From NCBI GenBank assembly GCA_050011915.1, contig JBEKIE010000001.1:7675-71674 (forward strand): a stretch of 64,000 bases of DNA, written 5' to 3'. Source of the stretch: Terracidiphilus sp. Its GTDB lineage: Bacteria; Acidobacteriota; Terriglobia; Terriglobales; Acidobacteriaceae. The notes under the pieces were generated by a model, which saw only the letters and a program-made list of their open reading frames with translations, did not search any database and was not told where the DNA came from. The position numbers and the translations under genes were made by a program. Shown here piece by piece: positions 20,386 through 29,463 of this stretch. Positions within the stretch are counted from its first letter, which is position 1. Each line of letters opens with the position of its first letter.

Positions 20386-20979
20386 ATGGGTCGTATCGTT
20401 TTCGGAGTGATTTTGGGCCTGATTCTGGCGCCAGCGGCGCTTTTGGCGTGGTTCCACTGGGGGACCGTGCCGGTGGCCGTGGCCGATCCGCCGCTGCCTA
20501 TGGAGAAGCAGATCACGCATGTGGCGCTTGACGCGAGGATTGCCCGCGAGATGCCGACGAACCCGCCCATTCAGGCCGACCAGGACAATCTCACGGCCGG
20601 CGCTGGGGTCTACCGCGACCAATGCGCCGTTTGCCATGGATTTCATGGCAAGCCCTCGACGTTTGCCGCGCATATGTATCCCAGCGCTCCGGCGCTGTGG
20701 GAGAAGCACAAGAACAGCGATGTGGTGGGCGTGAGCGATGACGCGCCCGGCGAGACCTATTGGAAGGTCGCGAACGGCATCCGGCTCACCGGCATGCCTT
20801 CTTTCAAGGACACGCTTACGGAGACGCAGATGTGGCAGGTGAGCCTGCTGCTGGCCGACGCGGATAAGCCATTGCCCCCGGCGGCGCTTGCCATTGTGCG
20901 GGGTGGGCAGGCGGCGGCGCCTGTCGTCGTTGCCCCGCCCGCGGCGACGCCCGCGCCGGGGCCCGCGCCAGCGCACTGA
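20386..20979 (+). CDS. Membrane-anchored monoheme cytochrome c
   Basis: N-terminal TM helix, CAVCH, YWKVANGIRLTGMPSF. Confidence 0.9.
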   Translation: MGRIVFGVILGLILAPAALLAWFHWGTVPVAVADPPLPMEKQITHVALDARIAREMPTNPPIQADQDNLTAGAGVYRDQCAVCHGFHGKPSTFAAHMYPSAPALWEKHKNSDVVGVSDDAPGETYWKVANGIRLTGMPSFKDTLTETQMWQVSLLLADADKPLPPAALAIVRGGQAAAPVVVAPPAATPAPGPAPAH

Positions 20980-21034
20980 TGCGCGCGGCAATCGGAGCGA
21001 CGATGCCGCCGGAGAACGGAAGGGAAGTGGAAAC

Positions 21035-21160
21035 GTGAGCTTGCTCGATACGTTGAAAAAGGGCTTTGGGTTTGTCTTGCTCAGCATGGGAGTTTCGCGG
21101 CCCGCGCCCAAGCCGAAGACCGAGGCAAAGCCCGCGCCGAAGGCGGGATCGGGCGAATAG
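21035..21160 (+). CDS. Small protein (41 aa), amphipathic N-terminus and Pro/Lys tail
   Basis: GTG after a purine-rich tract. MSLLDTLKKGFGFVLLSMGVSRPAPKPK. Confidence 0.55.
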   Translation: MSLLDTLKKGFGFVLLSMGVSRPAPKPKTEAKPAPKAGSGE

Positions 21161-21248
21161 GCTGCGTCCGGCTGCCAGCTCGCGGCGGCCCGCCGTCCTC
21201 CGCCGCGCCCCTCGTACAATGTAAGAGGGAGCCCACTCCACCTAGCCG

Positions 21249-23306
21249 ATGGCGGATTCAGAAGACAACAAATCAAAATCCGGCGCCAAACCTGCGGCGA
21301 AACCCGGCCCAGGCGAACCCCGTCGCAGGCCCGACGACGAGGTTGTTGGCAAGGTCTATGACGCCTACCTGATGCGGCGACTGAGCCGCTTCGTCCGCCC
21401 CTATTGGCTGCAGGCCGGCATCGCTTCGCTCGCCGTCTCGCTCAAGTCGCTCTGCGACGTGGCCGGACCCATCCTCGTGATGGTCGCCGTCGACCGCTAT
21501 CTCGCGCCCGACGTGGCCGCACAGGATCCCTCGAACGCCGTAGCACATTGGGTGGCGAATGCCAGCCCCCTCGCCCGCCTGCTTCCCGCCGGCGCTGTGC
21601 AAGGCGTGACGCGGCTCGCCGCCATCTACCTGACCATGCTGGTTTCCGCCTATCTCTTCCAGTTCGTTCAGGTCTACCTGATGCAGTGGACCGGACAGAG
21701 GATCATGTTCGATCTGCGCCGCGATATTTTTCGCCACATGCAGCGCATGCACGTGGGTTTCTTCGACGTGCATCCCGTTGGGCGGCTGGTCACGCGCATC
21801 ACGTCGGATGTGGATGCGGTCAACGACATGTTTACCGACGGCGTGCTGGCCATCGTCAACGACTTTTTCATGCTCACCATCATGGCCGCCGTCATGCTTG
21901 CCATCAGTTGGTGGCTGGCGCTGGTGGCCTTCGCCGTGCTGCCGCTGATTCTCGTCGTCACGCGCATCTTCCGCGACCATGTGCGCGAGAGCTACCGCCG
22001 CGTGAGGACCGCCATCGCGCGCATCAATAGTTTTACCCAGGAGCACGTCTCGGGCATGAGCGTCGTCCAGCTCTTCAACCGCGAAGAGCGCGCGTTCAAG
22101 GATTTCTCGAAGGTGAACGAGCAGCACATGATCGCCTTCAAGGACACGATCTTTGCCTACGCGCTTTACTACCCGGCCGTCGATTTTCTTTCTTCCATCG
22201 CCATCGCCCTCGTGGTCTGGCGCGGCGGCTTTGGCGTACTGCACCTGCCGCCGACCGTCACCATCGGCGTGCTCATCATGTTTACCCAGTTTTCGCTACG
22301 CTTCTGGCGGCCCATCCAGGACCTGAGCGACAAGTACAACATCCTGCAGGCCGCCATGGCCGCGTGCGAGCGCATCTTCAAGCTCATGGATTCGCAGCCG
22401 GAGATCGTCAGTCCCGCGCATCCAGTTCCCGGCGACGGATCGAATCGCATTGAATTCCAGCACGTCTGGTTTACCTATCAAAAACTCACCGATGCGCAGA
22501 AGAACGCGGTGGCAAAGGCCGAGCAGGGGGCGGCAGACGGCGCGGAACTGGCCCGTCTTGAGAACATCGAGTGGATTCTCAAAGACGTTTCCTTCACTAT
22601 TGAGCCGGGGCAGACGGTCGCCATCGTCGGCCACACCGGCGCGGGCAAGACCACGCTTACCGGCCTGATGATGCGCTTCTACGAAGTCACCGCAGGCCGC
22701 ATCCTCATCGACGGCGTGGACCTGCGGGAACACGATCTGACGGCCCTGCGCCGGCATTTTGCGGTGGTATTGCAGGATCCGTTCCTCTTCTCCGGCACCA
22801 TCGGCGAAAACATCCGCCTCGGCAACGAAGAGATCACCGAAGCAATCATGCGCCGCGCGGCGAGGGACGTGAACGTCCTTGACTTTATCGATACCTTGCC
22901 TCATGGTTTTGACGAGCCGGTGCGCGAGCGCGGCAACTCGCTTTCCACGGGCCAAAAGCAGCTCATCAACTTCGCGCGTGCGCTGGCCTACAACCCGCGC
23001 ATTCTCATCCTCGACGAGGCCACGTCGAGCGTCGACACGGACACCGAGCTGCGCATCCGCGGCGCGCTGGAGCGCATGGTCGAAGGGCGCACCAGCGTAC
23101 TGATTGCGCACCGCCTCTCCACGGTGCAACGCGCCGAAACGATCCTGGTGATGCATAAGGGCCAGTTGCGCGAGATGGGCTCGCACCAGGAGTTGCTCGC
23201 GCAGCGCGGCCTCTACTGGAAGCTCTACCAGCTGCAGTACAAGGATCAGGAAGCCAGCTCGCTCGTGGCGCCGTCGCGGGAGCCTTCGGCCGCGCCAGCA
23301 GTGTAA
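21249..23306 (+). CDS. ABC exporter, fused permease/ATPase (MdlB/MsbA-like)
   Basis: TM domain, Walker A GHTGAGKT, signature LSTGQKQ, ILDEATS, IAHRLST. Confidence 0.95.
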   Translation: MADSEDNKSKSGAKPAAKPGPGEPRRRPDDEVVGKVYDAYLMRRLSRFVRPYWLQAGIASLAVSLKSLCDVAGPILVMVAVDRYLAPDVAAQDPSNAVAHWVANASPLARLLPAGAVQGVTRLAAIYLTMLVSAYLFQFVQVYLMQWTGQRIMFDLRRDIFRHMQRMHVGFFDVHPVGRLVTRITSDVDAVNDMFTDGVLAIVNDFFMLTIMAAVMLAISWWLALVAFAVLPLILVVTRIFRDHVRESYRRVRTAIARINSFTQEHVSGMSVVQLFNREERAFKDFSKVNEQHMIAFKDTIFAYALYYPAVDFLSSIAIALVVWRGGFGVLHLPPTVTIGVLIMFTQFSLRFWRPIQDLSDKYNILQAAMAACERIFKLMDSQPEIVSPAHPVPGDGSNRIEFQHVWFTYQKLTDAQKNAVAKAEQGAADGAELARLENIEWILKDVSFTIEPGQTVAIVGHTGAGKTTLTGLMMRFYEVTAGRILIDGVDLREHDLTALRRHFAVVLQDPFLFSGTIGENIRLGNEEITEAIMRRAARDVNVLDFIDTLPHGFDEPVRERGNSLSTGQKQLINFARALAYNPRILILDEATSSVDTDTELRIRGALERMVEGRTSVLIAHRLSTVQRAETILVMHKGQLREMGSHQELLAQRGLYWKLYQLQYKDQEASSLVAPSREPSAAPAV

Positions 23307-23489
23307 GAAGTGCAGGGAACAGAGACGGCGCCCTGTGCAGGCTGTTGCTTCCGATGGTTCCCAATCGCCATGCACTTGCCTCAAACGTTGTAGTGCTCGA
23401 AATCTTCAGCCACGATATGATGGTAGAGTGAGGGTTTTCTCGCCCAACCGCAGACAAACCCGAGGGAACGCGAGCGATTGCAGGAACAG

Positions 23490-25199
23490 ATGACAGAGAA
23501 GCCCATCAGGAAAGTCGAGATCTTCGATACCAGTCTCCGCGACGGCATGCAACAGCCGAATCTGGAGATCTCCGTGCCCAATGCCGTGCTCCTGCTTGAA
23601 CGTATGGCGACATTTGGCGTGCGCTACGCCGAGATCGGATTCGCCGGCGCCAATCACTTTGTCAGCGATCTCACCAGCGCCCTCGCCAACAGCACCGTCG
23701 GCAATGGAAACGTCGATACCGGGGCGATGAAGCTGGCCCTCTTCGGGCGCACGCGCGGCCGCGATGCCAAGGTTGAAGAATGGCCCGATGTGCAGTTCAT
23801 CCTGCGCCACAAGCGGCGCGTTCCCGTTGCGGTGATCGTGGTCAAGTCGCGACTCCTCGATGTCGAGCGGTCGCTCGGCGTGAGCCCGGAAGAGAATCTG
23901 CGCATGACGTGGGAGACCATCGACTGCCTGCAATCGCACGGCCTGGAAGTGATCGTCGATCTGGAGCACGCCATGGATGCGCAATGCGGCCGCTGCGAAA
24001 ACGGCAATCGTTGCAGCGACGATTTTGCCCGGCGCACCTTCGACCACTTTCACCAGCTCACCGAACAATGCGTGCGCCAGAACGTGAGCCGCATCGTAGT
24101 TTGCGACACCAACGGGGGGTCGAACCCCGAAGAAGTCGAGCAGGCGATCGGTGGGCTCATCCGCGACTTTCCCGGCATGGGTTTCGGATTCCACGGTCAC
24201 ACCGATCGCGGCCTGGGCGTGGCCAACACCCGCGCGGCCATCCTGGCCGGCGCTCTGCAGGTGCAGGGAACTCTCATCGGCACCGGCGAGCGCTGCGGCA
24301 ACGTCAACCTGACCACGGTCGTCGGAGCCATGCAGCTTCGCGGGGAGGCTGAGTTTGTTACCCCGCAACAGCTCACGGGATTGACCAGCCTGGCGCATTC
24401 GGCCTATGCAGCCTTTGCTCTCGATCCGCCACACGGCGCGCCCATCGTCGGTCCCGGCGCGTTCGGCACCTGGGCCGGCATGCACGGTTCCAGCGAGCGC
24501 AAGAATCCCGGCTCGTACCTGTGGTGCGATCCCGCGCGCGTGGGCGCCAGCTCGATCGTCGGCGTCAATGCCCAGTCGGGCAAGGCCAACATCATGTGGC
24601 TGGCGGAGTCGATTTGCGTTCCTCTCAGCTCCGCCCAGGCGCAGGCGCTGATGGAAACAAATTCGGCCATGATCGAGGGCGGCGGCTTTACGGCCAGCGA
24701 AGTTTCGTTCCGCCTGGCTTGCATGAGAACCCTCGGAACCCTGCGCAACTGGTTCGCGGTCAAGAGCTGGCGCGTCTTCGACGAGTCCGACGAGATCGGC
24801 GGCCGCTTTGTGCAGGCATTTATGAAGCTCAGCGTCGGCGATTCCACGGTTGTCACCACGCGCGCTGAGGGCGCGGGCCCTGTGGACGCGCTCACCAAGG
24901 CCATGCGCCGTGAGCTCGACAAGACGTATCCCGCGCTCAAGCACATGCGCCTGGGTACATTCACGGTCGCGGCGCTCGACGTTTCGGCGCACGATTCCGC
25001 CGCTCATGTGCGAGTGACCGTGAGCTTTAATGCCGAAGGCCACGAGCCGTGGACCACTGCGGGCGTGAGCAGCGACCTGAACCAGGCCGCATTGATGGCC
25101 ATTGTGGACGGCTTCCACTATTGGCTTCTGATGCAGCCGGGCGAATCGGGTGAGGCCGCAGGTGTCGCCCCTGCGCCGATCTCTACGGAAGTAGCCTGA
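23490..25199 (+). CDS. cimA: Citramalate synthase-like enzyme (DRE-TIM, LeuA family with C-terminal regulatory domain)
   Basis: FDTSLRDGMQ, CDTNGG, HGH, GERCGN, GAGPVDAL. Some motifs are divergent. Confidence 0.75.
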   Translation: MTEKPIRKVEIFDTSLRDGMQQPNLEISVPNAVLLLERMATFGVRYAEIGFAGANHFVSDLTSALANSTVGNGNVDTGAMKLALFGRTRGRDAKVEEWPDVQFILRHKRRVPVAVIVVKSRLLDVERSLGVSPEENLRMTWETIDCLQSHGLEVIVDLEHAMDAQCGRCENGNRCSDDFARRTFDHFHQLTEQCVRQNVSRIVVCDTNGGSNPEEVEQAIGGLIRDFPGMGFGFHGHTDRGLGVANTRAAILAGALQVQGTLIGTGERCGNVNLTTVVGAMQLRGEAEFVTPQQLTGLTSLAHSAYAAFALDPPHGAPIVGPGAFGTWAGMHGSSERKNPGSYLWCDPARVGASSIVGVNAQSGKANIMWLAESICVPLSSAQAQALMETNSAMIEGGGFTASEVSFRLACMRTLGTLRNWFAVKSWRVFDESDEIGGRFVQAFMKLSVGDSTVVTTRAEGAGPVDALTKAMRRELDKTYPALKHMRLGTFTVAALDVSAHDSAAHVRVTVSFNAEGHEPWTTAGVSSDLNQAALMAIVDGFHYWLLMQPGESGEAAGVAPAPISTEVA

Positions 25200-25514
25200 C
25201 TGAGCCCGTTACAAAAGCTACAACGCGTGAAAGCTGGTTGGCTCCTGCTCGTTGGGTGTTGCATTGAAGCGCTTTAACCGCAAATTGATATCCACCGGCA
25301 AAGCCTGGGGCTCTCCCTTTGCCAACGGAAAATCCCTTTCGGGACTCAGCGTCCACATCAAGTGACTTAGCTCACAGCGCACTCTGGCCTGCGCCTCGAC
25401 ACTAAGTCCATTCCAGCCGAAGAATGGGGCAACGGGCCGGTGCTCTCGAGGCTGGTAACTTCCGGCTGATCGCTCGAGATCGCCCCGCGGGAATTCCGCG
25501 GAGGGAGGACTGCT

Positions 25515-25925
25515 GTGTCCACGGAATTGCTTCACGCTCCAATGCGTCCATCGCTGATGGGCCCTGCTTCGATGGGCTCAGCTTCGCGCTATGTCAAGGA
25601 AACTCGCGAGGCGATGCTGGCCTACGAAATCGCAGAGTTGGCCGCCCTGCGCTTCTCCATCATTCTCACCGCGCGATGGGAATCATCCGGCGAGGAGGAC
25701 CAGGAGCAGCGCGCCGAGTTGCGCGCCGATCTCTCACTTCTGCGCCGCTACTACGGCGACAAAATCGACGATATTGCCATCGCCTTCGGCGTCGATGAGG
25801 CAATCAAGGCCAAGGACGATGTCGAGAGAACCGTTTTGGTGCCGCGCGACATGAAGCCGCTGAATATTCAGCGCCACGAGGAAGTGAGCAGCGAAGAAGG
25901 CGGCGAAACCGGCTACGGCCTCTGA
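25515..25925 (+). CDS. Hypothetical acidic helical protein
   Basis: GGAGG precedes GTG, with host-like codon usage. Confidence 0.75.
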   Translation: MSTELLHAPMRPSLMGPASMGSASRYVKETREAMLAYEIAELAALRFSIILTARWESSGEEDQEQRAELRADLSLLRRYYGDKIDDIAIAFGVDEAIKAKDDVERTVLVPRDMKPLNIQRHEEVSSEEGGETGYGL

Positions 25926-25969
25926 AGCCAAGCCCCTGGCGAGGGTCAAAAAACCTGACAGCCAAGAAA

Positions 25970-26003
25970 AATGCGCCATCCGCAAATGCTGCGGTGGCGC
26001 ATT
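25970..26003. terminator. Hairpin between convergent genes
   Basis: AATGCGCCA(T)CCGCA-aatgc-TGCGG-TGGCGCATT. Confidence 0.6.
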
Positions 26004-26024
26004 CGTCTTTAGGCTTCGCCGAAG

Positions 26025-27074
26025 CTAGTGGGCAGCGACCGAGGGACGCGTGTCGAGCTTGCCGCTCTTGTATCCATCCGCCATGACGCTGATCGGAATC
26101 GGCATGTAATCGCCGGCGTGACCGGCCTGACCGAATTCGGTCATGCGCTCCGTCACAACCTTGGCCATCGCCTCGCGCGCCGGCTTCATGTAGTCGCGCG
26201 GATCGAACTTCTCCGGCTGCGTCCACAGTACCTTGCGGATGGCGCCGGTCATGGCCAGGCGGTTATCGGTGTCGACGTTGACTTTCCGCACGCCGTTGCG
26301 GATGCCGAGCTGGATCTCCTCGATGGGCACGCCCCAGGTGGGCTTCAGACTGCCACCGTACTCGTTCACAATGTCCTGCAGTTCCTTGGGCACCGAAGAG
26401 CTGCCGTGCATTACCAGATGTGTGTGTGGCAACCGATTGTGAATCGCGATGAGCACGTCCATCTTGAGCACGGAGCCGTCGGGCTTCTTGTTGAACTTGT
26501 ATGCGCCGTGGCTGGTGCCGATGGCAATGGCCAGCGCGTCAACGCCGGTGCGCTCGGCAAATTCAACGGCCTGATCGGGATCGGTGATGTGCTCCAGGCC
26601 CGTGCCGCCCGCGCCGTGGCCGTCTTCCACGCCGCCCAGAACGCCGATCTCGCCTTCCACGGTCACGCCGCGCTCGTGCGCGTAGTCGACCACGCGGCGC
26701 GTCACGTCCACGTTTTCTTCGAACGTCGACGGCGTCTTGCCGTCTTCCTTCAAAGAGCCGTCCATCATCACCGAGGTGTAACCCAGCGCGATGGCGCTCT
26801 TGCAGGTGTCAAAACTGTTGCCGTGATCCTGGTGCATGGCGATGGGAATATCGGGGTTCAGCTCCGCCGCGGCCTGGATCAGCTTAAAGAGGTAGAGATC
26901 CTCGGCGAACGCGCGCGCACCGCGGCTGGCCTGGACGATTACGGGTGACTTGGTCTGCTTGGCGGCCATCATGATGGCTTGAATCTGTTCCATGTCGTTC
27001 ACGTTGAACGCGCCGACACCGTATCCGCCCTTGGCAGCCTCATCGAGGAGCTGCCGCATGGAAACTAGAGGCAT
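26025..27074 (-). CDS. fba: Fructose-bisphosphate aldolase class II
   Basis: AFNVN, HQDHG, SVMMDGS, IGTSHGAYKF, VMHGSS, KVNVDTD. Confidence 0.97.
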   Translation of the reverse strand: MPLVSMRQLLDEAAKGGYGVGAFNVNDMEQIQAIMMAAKQTKSPVIVQASRGARAFAEDLYLFKLIQAAAELNPDIPIAMHQDHGNSFDTCKSAIALGYTSVMMDGSLKEDGKTPSTFEENVDVTRRVVDYAHERGVTVEGEIGVLGGVEDGHGAGGTGLEHITDPDQAVEFAERTGVDALAIAIGTSHGAYKFNKKPDGSVLKMDVLIAIHNRLPHTHLVMHGSSSVPKELQDIVNEYGGSLKPTWGVPIEEIQLGIRNGVRKVNVDTDNRLAMTGAIRKVLWTQPEKFDPRDYMKPAREAMAKVVTERMTEFGQAGHAGDYMPIPISVMADGYKSGKLDTRPSVAAH

Positions 27075-27373
27075 AAAAATTCTCCTTTGGGTGGCTCGAA
27101 CCGCCGTTACGCTCAGTTCCTAAAATGGCAAGAAATCAGCCCGGCGCCGGGAGCCGCAATCATGTTTATGGTAGCAGAGAGGTGCAAGGAAAAAAGGAAA
27201 TACCAGCGTATAATGCCGATGAGCTTTCCAGAAGTGGGACCGCGCGTTCATTCCAATCCCTCCTAGCAAGCCTTTCGTATTTGTGCGAATGGCGGCAGGA
27301 GCCCCGCCGGCAAACGGTTGACGCTCGACGAGGTGTGTGAGGATCGTGAACCTTTCCCGGGAGAGAGAATTCA

Positions 27374-29191
27374 ATGATTTCCTTCGTCAGGCAGCGAGTC
27401 GCCATACAGCGGATCTGCTGGATTCTTATCCTAAGTTCGATGCCGATGTGGCCACAACAGGCTAAGACTCCGGCTTCCAAAAAGGGGCCGGTCGACGCTA
27501 AATGTGCTTTTCTCAGAAGTGAAGTTCGCCGACTCGCGCAAGATGAGCAGGATTTCATCACAGGATCGCCCCTTGCGATTGTGACCAGTCCCGACAGCCT
27601 CGTGGCCGCCAACAGCACGGTGTCCGATTGGGCAGACTACATTGCGGCAACTGAGGTGTTTACCGCCCGCCGAACGATCATCGGTCTAGAGGTTTCTTCG
27701 TGTGAACGCAAGATTCGCCTGTCAGATCCCTCACGCCTTGCCAGCATCGAATACGCACGAATCGCACAGGTTCGGCGAGCCGCTGACAGATGGCAGGGAT
27801 TAGCAGCGGATCAAGGGAAAGACCTCTCTGACGGGATCATCGGCAAAATAAATGCGATTTACGAAGCAGAGACAAGGAGCTTTTATAATCCCGCGATTTC
27901 AAGATTCGATGACCCCGATATTGGCAAGGACTACCCAAACCTCAACGCGATGATTCAAGGCTCATCACTCGATCAGGGCACAAAGGACTTCTACAGTTCG
28001 GCCCTTCCGCTCCTGCGATACGAAGAAGCGGGAAGGCTTGCAAATGCCTTGAGTGGAGTGGATAAGGATCAAGGTCTTAACTATGCCTATTTGCTTCGAA
28101 AAACGCTTGGTGACCGAGTCGCTATCGACTCGGCTAATCTGAATCAAATCACGAACGAGGTGAACAAGGAAAGGAGTCGGCGACTTATGTATTATGCGAT
28201 TTGCGTGCTCGCTGCATTGTTCCTGCTCGCGTTGGCTTGGGTGGCAACGGATCGCACCCGGGCAAAATTCCGCGCCTTTCGCCTCGGCCTAAAGAGGTCG
28301 CCTTTCTGGGGAGGAAACGCCGAGTGGATATTCTGGGACCCTGGCGAAACGGTCGTTCTTCTTGAGCAAAAGAAGCTCGTCCCAATGAAGGACCGAGACG
28401 GAGGGTATCGAACGATTTCTGCATGGAAGGGCCAGGAATACAAAGGACGAATTTCCTATAAGACTCAGTTCTCCACTTGGAGGAGCGACCCGATAATCAC
28501 GAGTGATGGGCTGGCAGTTAGCCTTGGAGTAGGTATCTGGTGGCGAATTGTTGACGCGGGCCTCTACGTTTCTCGAATCGCTGCGGATTATCACGAAGGC
28601 GATCATCACACCGGCGAAAACCTTGCAGAAGCCGCCGAGTTTTGGATCAAAAAGCTCGCAGCTGGAACATTGCGGGAGGAAGTCAATCAGCTGCCTGCGG
28701 AAAAACTGATCTCCCCATATGTTGAGGCTTACTTGCAAGTCAATTCCGGATCTAACGATGGTTTACCCTTTGAGCAAAAACGGGTGCCGAATTTCTCCGA
28801 CCAACTAGGCAAGGCTCAAGACGAGCTTAAGAAGAAGACCATCGAATATGGAATCGAGATTGAAAGGCTCGAAGTGCAGGAGCTGATTCTCCCGCCGGTT
28901 TACCAGCAAAAGCTCGAGGCTGTCCGTATCGCATTCTTGGAGCCAACTCAGGCGGCAGCACTTACGAAGGCGCAAGTCATCGCCCTCGAGGGACTAGCGG
29001 GCGTAATTGGAAAAGAAAAGGTCGGTCTTATCGAAGTGCTGAAACACGTTGATCTTTCCCGTTTGAATATGAATCCCTTCACGGGCGTAGTTCCGATTGT
29101 GCAGCCGATGATCGACACTCTCAGTCGGCAGAGCGAAAAGGCTCTACCGCCATCTACAGCTCAGGACGGAGAAAACGCCGGTTCAAACTAG
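27374..29191 (+). CDS. SPFH/band-7 domain membrane protein with large N-terminal exported domain
   Basis: Signal-like N-terminus and a central TM helix (YYAICVLAALFLLALAWV). C-half has DPGETVV, IITSDG, TLRE, YGIEIERLEVQEL.LP and a coiled tail. Visibly AT-richer than its flanks. Confidence 0.75.
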   Translation: MISFVRQRVAIQRICWILILSSMPMWPQQAKTPASKKGPVDAKCAFLRSEVRRLAQDEQDFITGSPLAIVTSPDSLVAANSTVSDWADYIAATEVFTARRTIIGLEVSSCERKIRLSDPSRLASIEYARIAQVRRAADRWQGLAADQGKDLSDGIIGKINAIYEAETRSFYNPAISRFDDPDIGKDYPNLNAMIQGSSLDQGTKDFYSSALPLLRYEEAGRLANALSGVDKDQGLNYAYLLRKTLGDRVAIDSANLNQITNEVNKERSRRLMYYAICVLAALFLLALAWVATDRTRAKFRAFRLGLKRSPFWGGNAEWIFWDPGETVVLLEQKKLVPMKDRDGGYRTISAWKGQEYKGRISYKTQFSTWRSDPIITSDGLAVSLGVGIWWRIVDAGLYVSRIAADYHEGDHHTGENLAEAAEFWIKKLAAGTLREEVNQLPAEKLISPYVEAYLQVNSGSNDGLPFEQKRVPNFSDQLGKAQDELKKKTIEYGIEIERLEVQELILPPVYQQKLEAVRIAFLEPTQAAALTKAQVIALEGLAGVIGKEKVGLIEVLKHVDLSRLNMNPFTGVVPIVQPMIDTLSRQSEKALPPSTAQDGENAGSN

Positions 29192-29211
29192 ACTTGAGGC
29201 AAGCAGTGTCA

Positions 29212-29367
29212 TGGTGAGAGGCTGAAGTTCTTGGCTTAAGACCCGGTCTGCATGCGCAAGGAGCTGGGCCGTCCCGATTCAGCGCTCCTCGAGTTCCGCC
29301 GTTTCCAGAAAGGTATAGCTTCCTGAAGGAGATGGCGGGACATGCGTCAGCCGCCGGTTGTGCACCA
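29212..29367 (+). ncRNA. Candidate structured RNA (nested multi-stem)
   Basis: Nested pairings TGGTG/CACCA, GGCTGA/TCAGCC, GCATG/CATGC enclose two hairpins, one a 13-bp stem with G-U pairs. Confidence 0.35.
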
Positions 29368-29412
29368 CGAGCGTAGTGATGTACCAGAGATTCAACGCCG
29401 TGAGCGCGGCCC

Positions 29413-29450
29413 GTGCCCCATCGTTTCGCGATTTTTGCGAAAGGGTGGGA
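29413..29450. repeat. REP-like palindrome (GTGCCCCATC..TTTCGC..GCGAAAGGGTGGG type)
   Basis: Imperfect hairpin 29417-29449 just past the anmK 3' end. Confidence 0.65.
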
Positions 29451-29463
29451 AGGCGCATTGCGT

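Noticed and set aside
23307-23489. Leu/Ile attenuator upstream of the cimA-like gene
   Set aside because: No short leader ORF rich in Leu/Ile/Val codons and no terminator U-tract.
25290-25345. c-di-GMP-I riboswitch suggested by GCAAAGCC and GGGAC
   Set aside because: The elements are in the wrong order and the GGCAAAC..GAAA..GGGACGCAAAGC core is absent.
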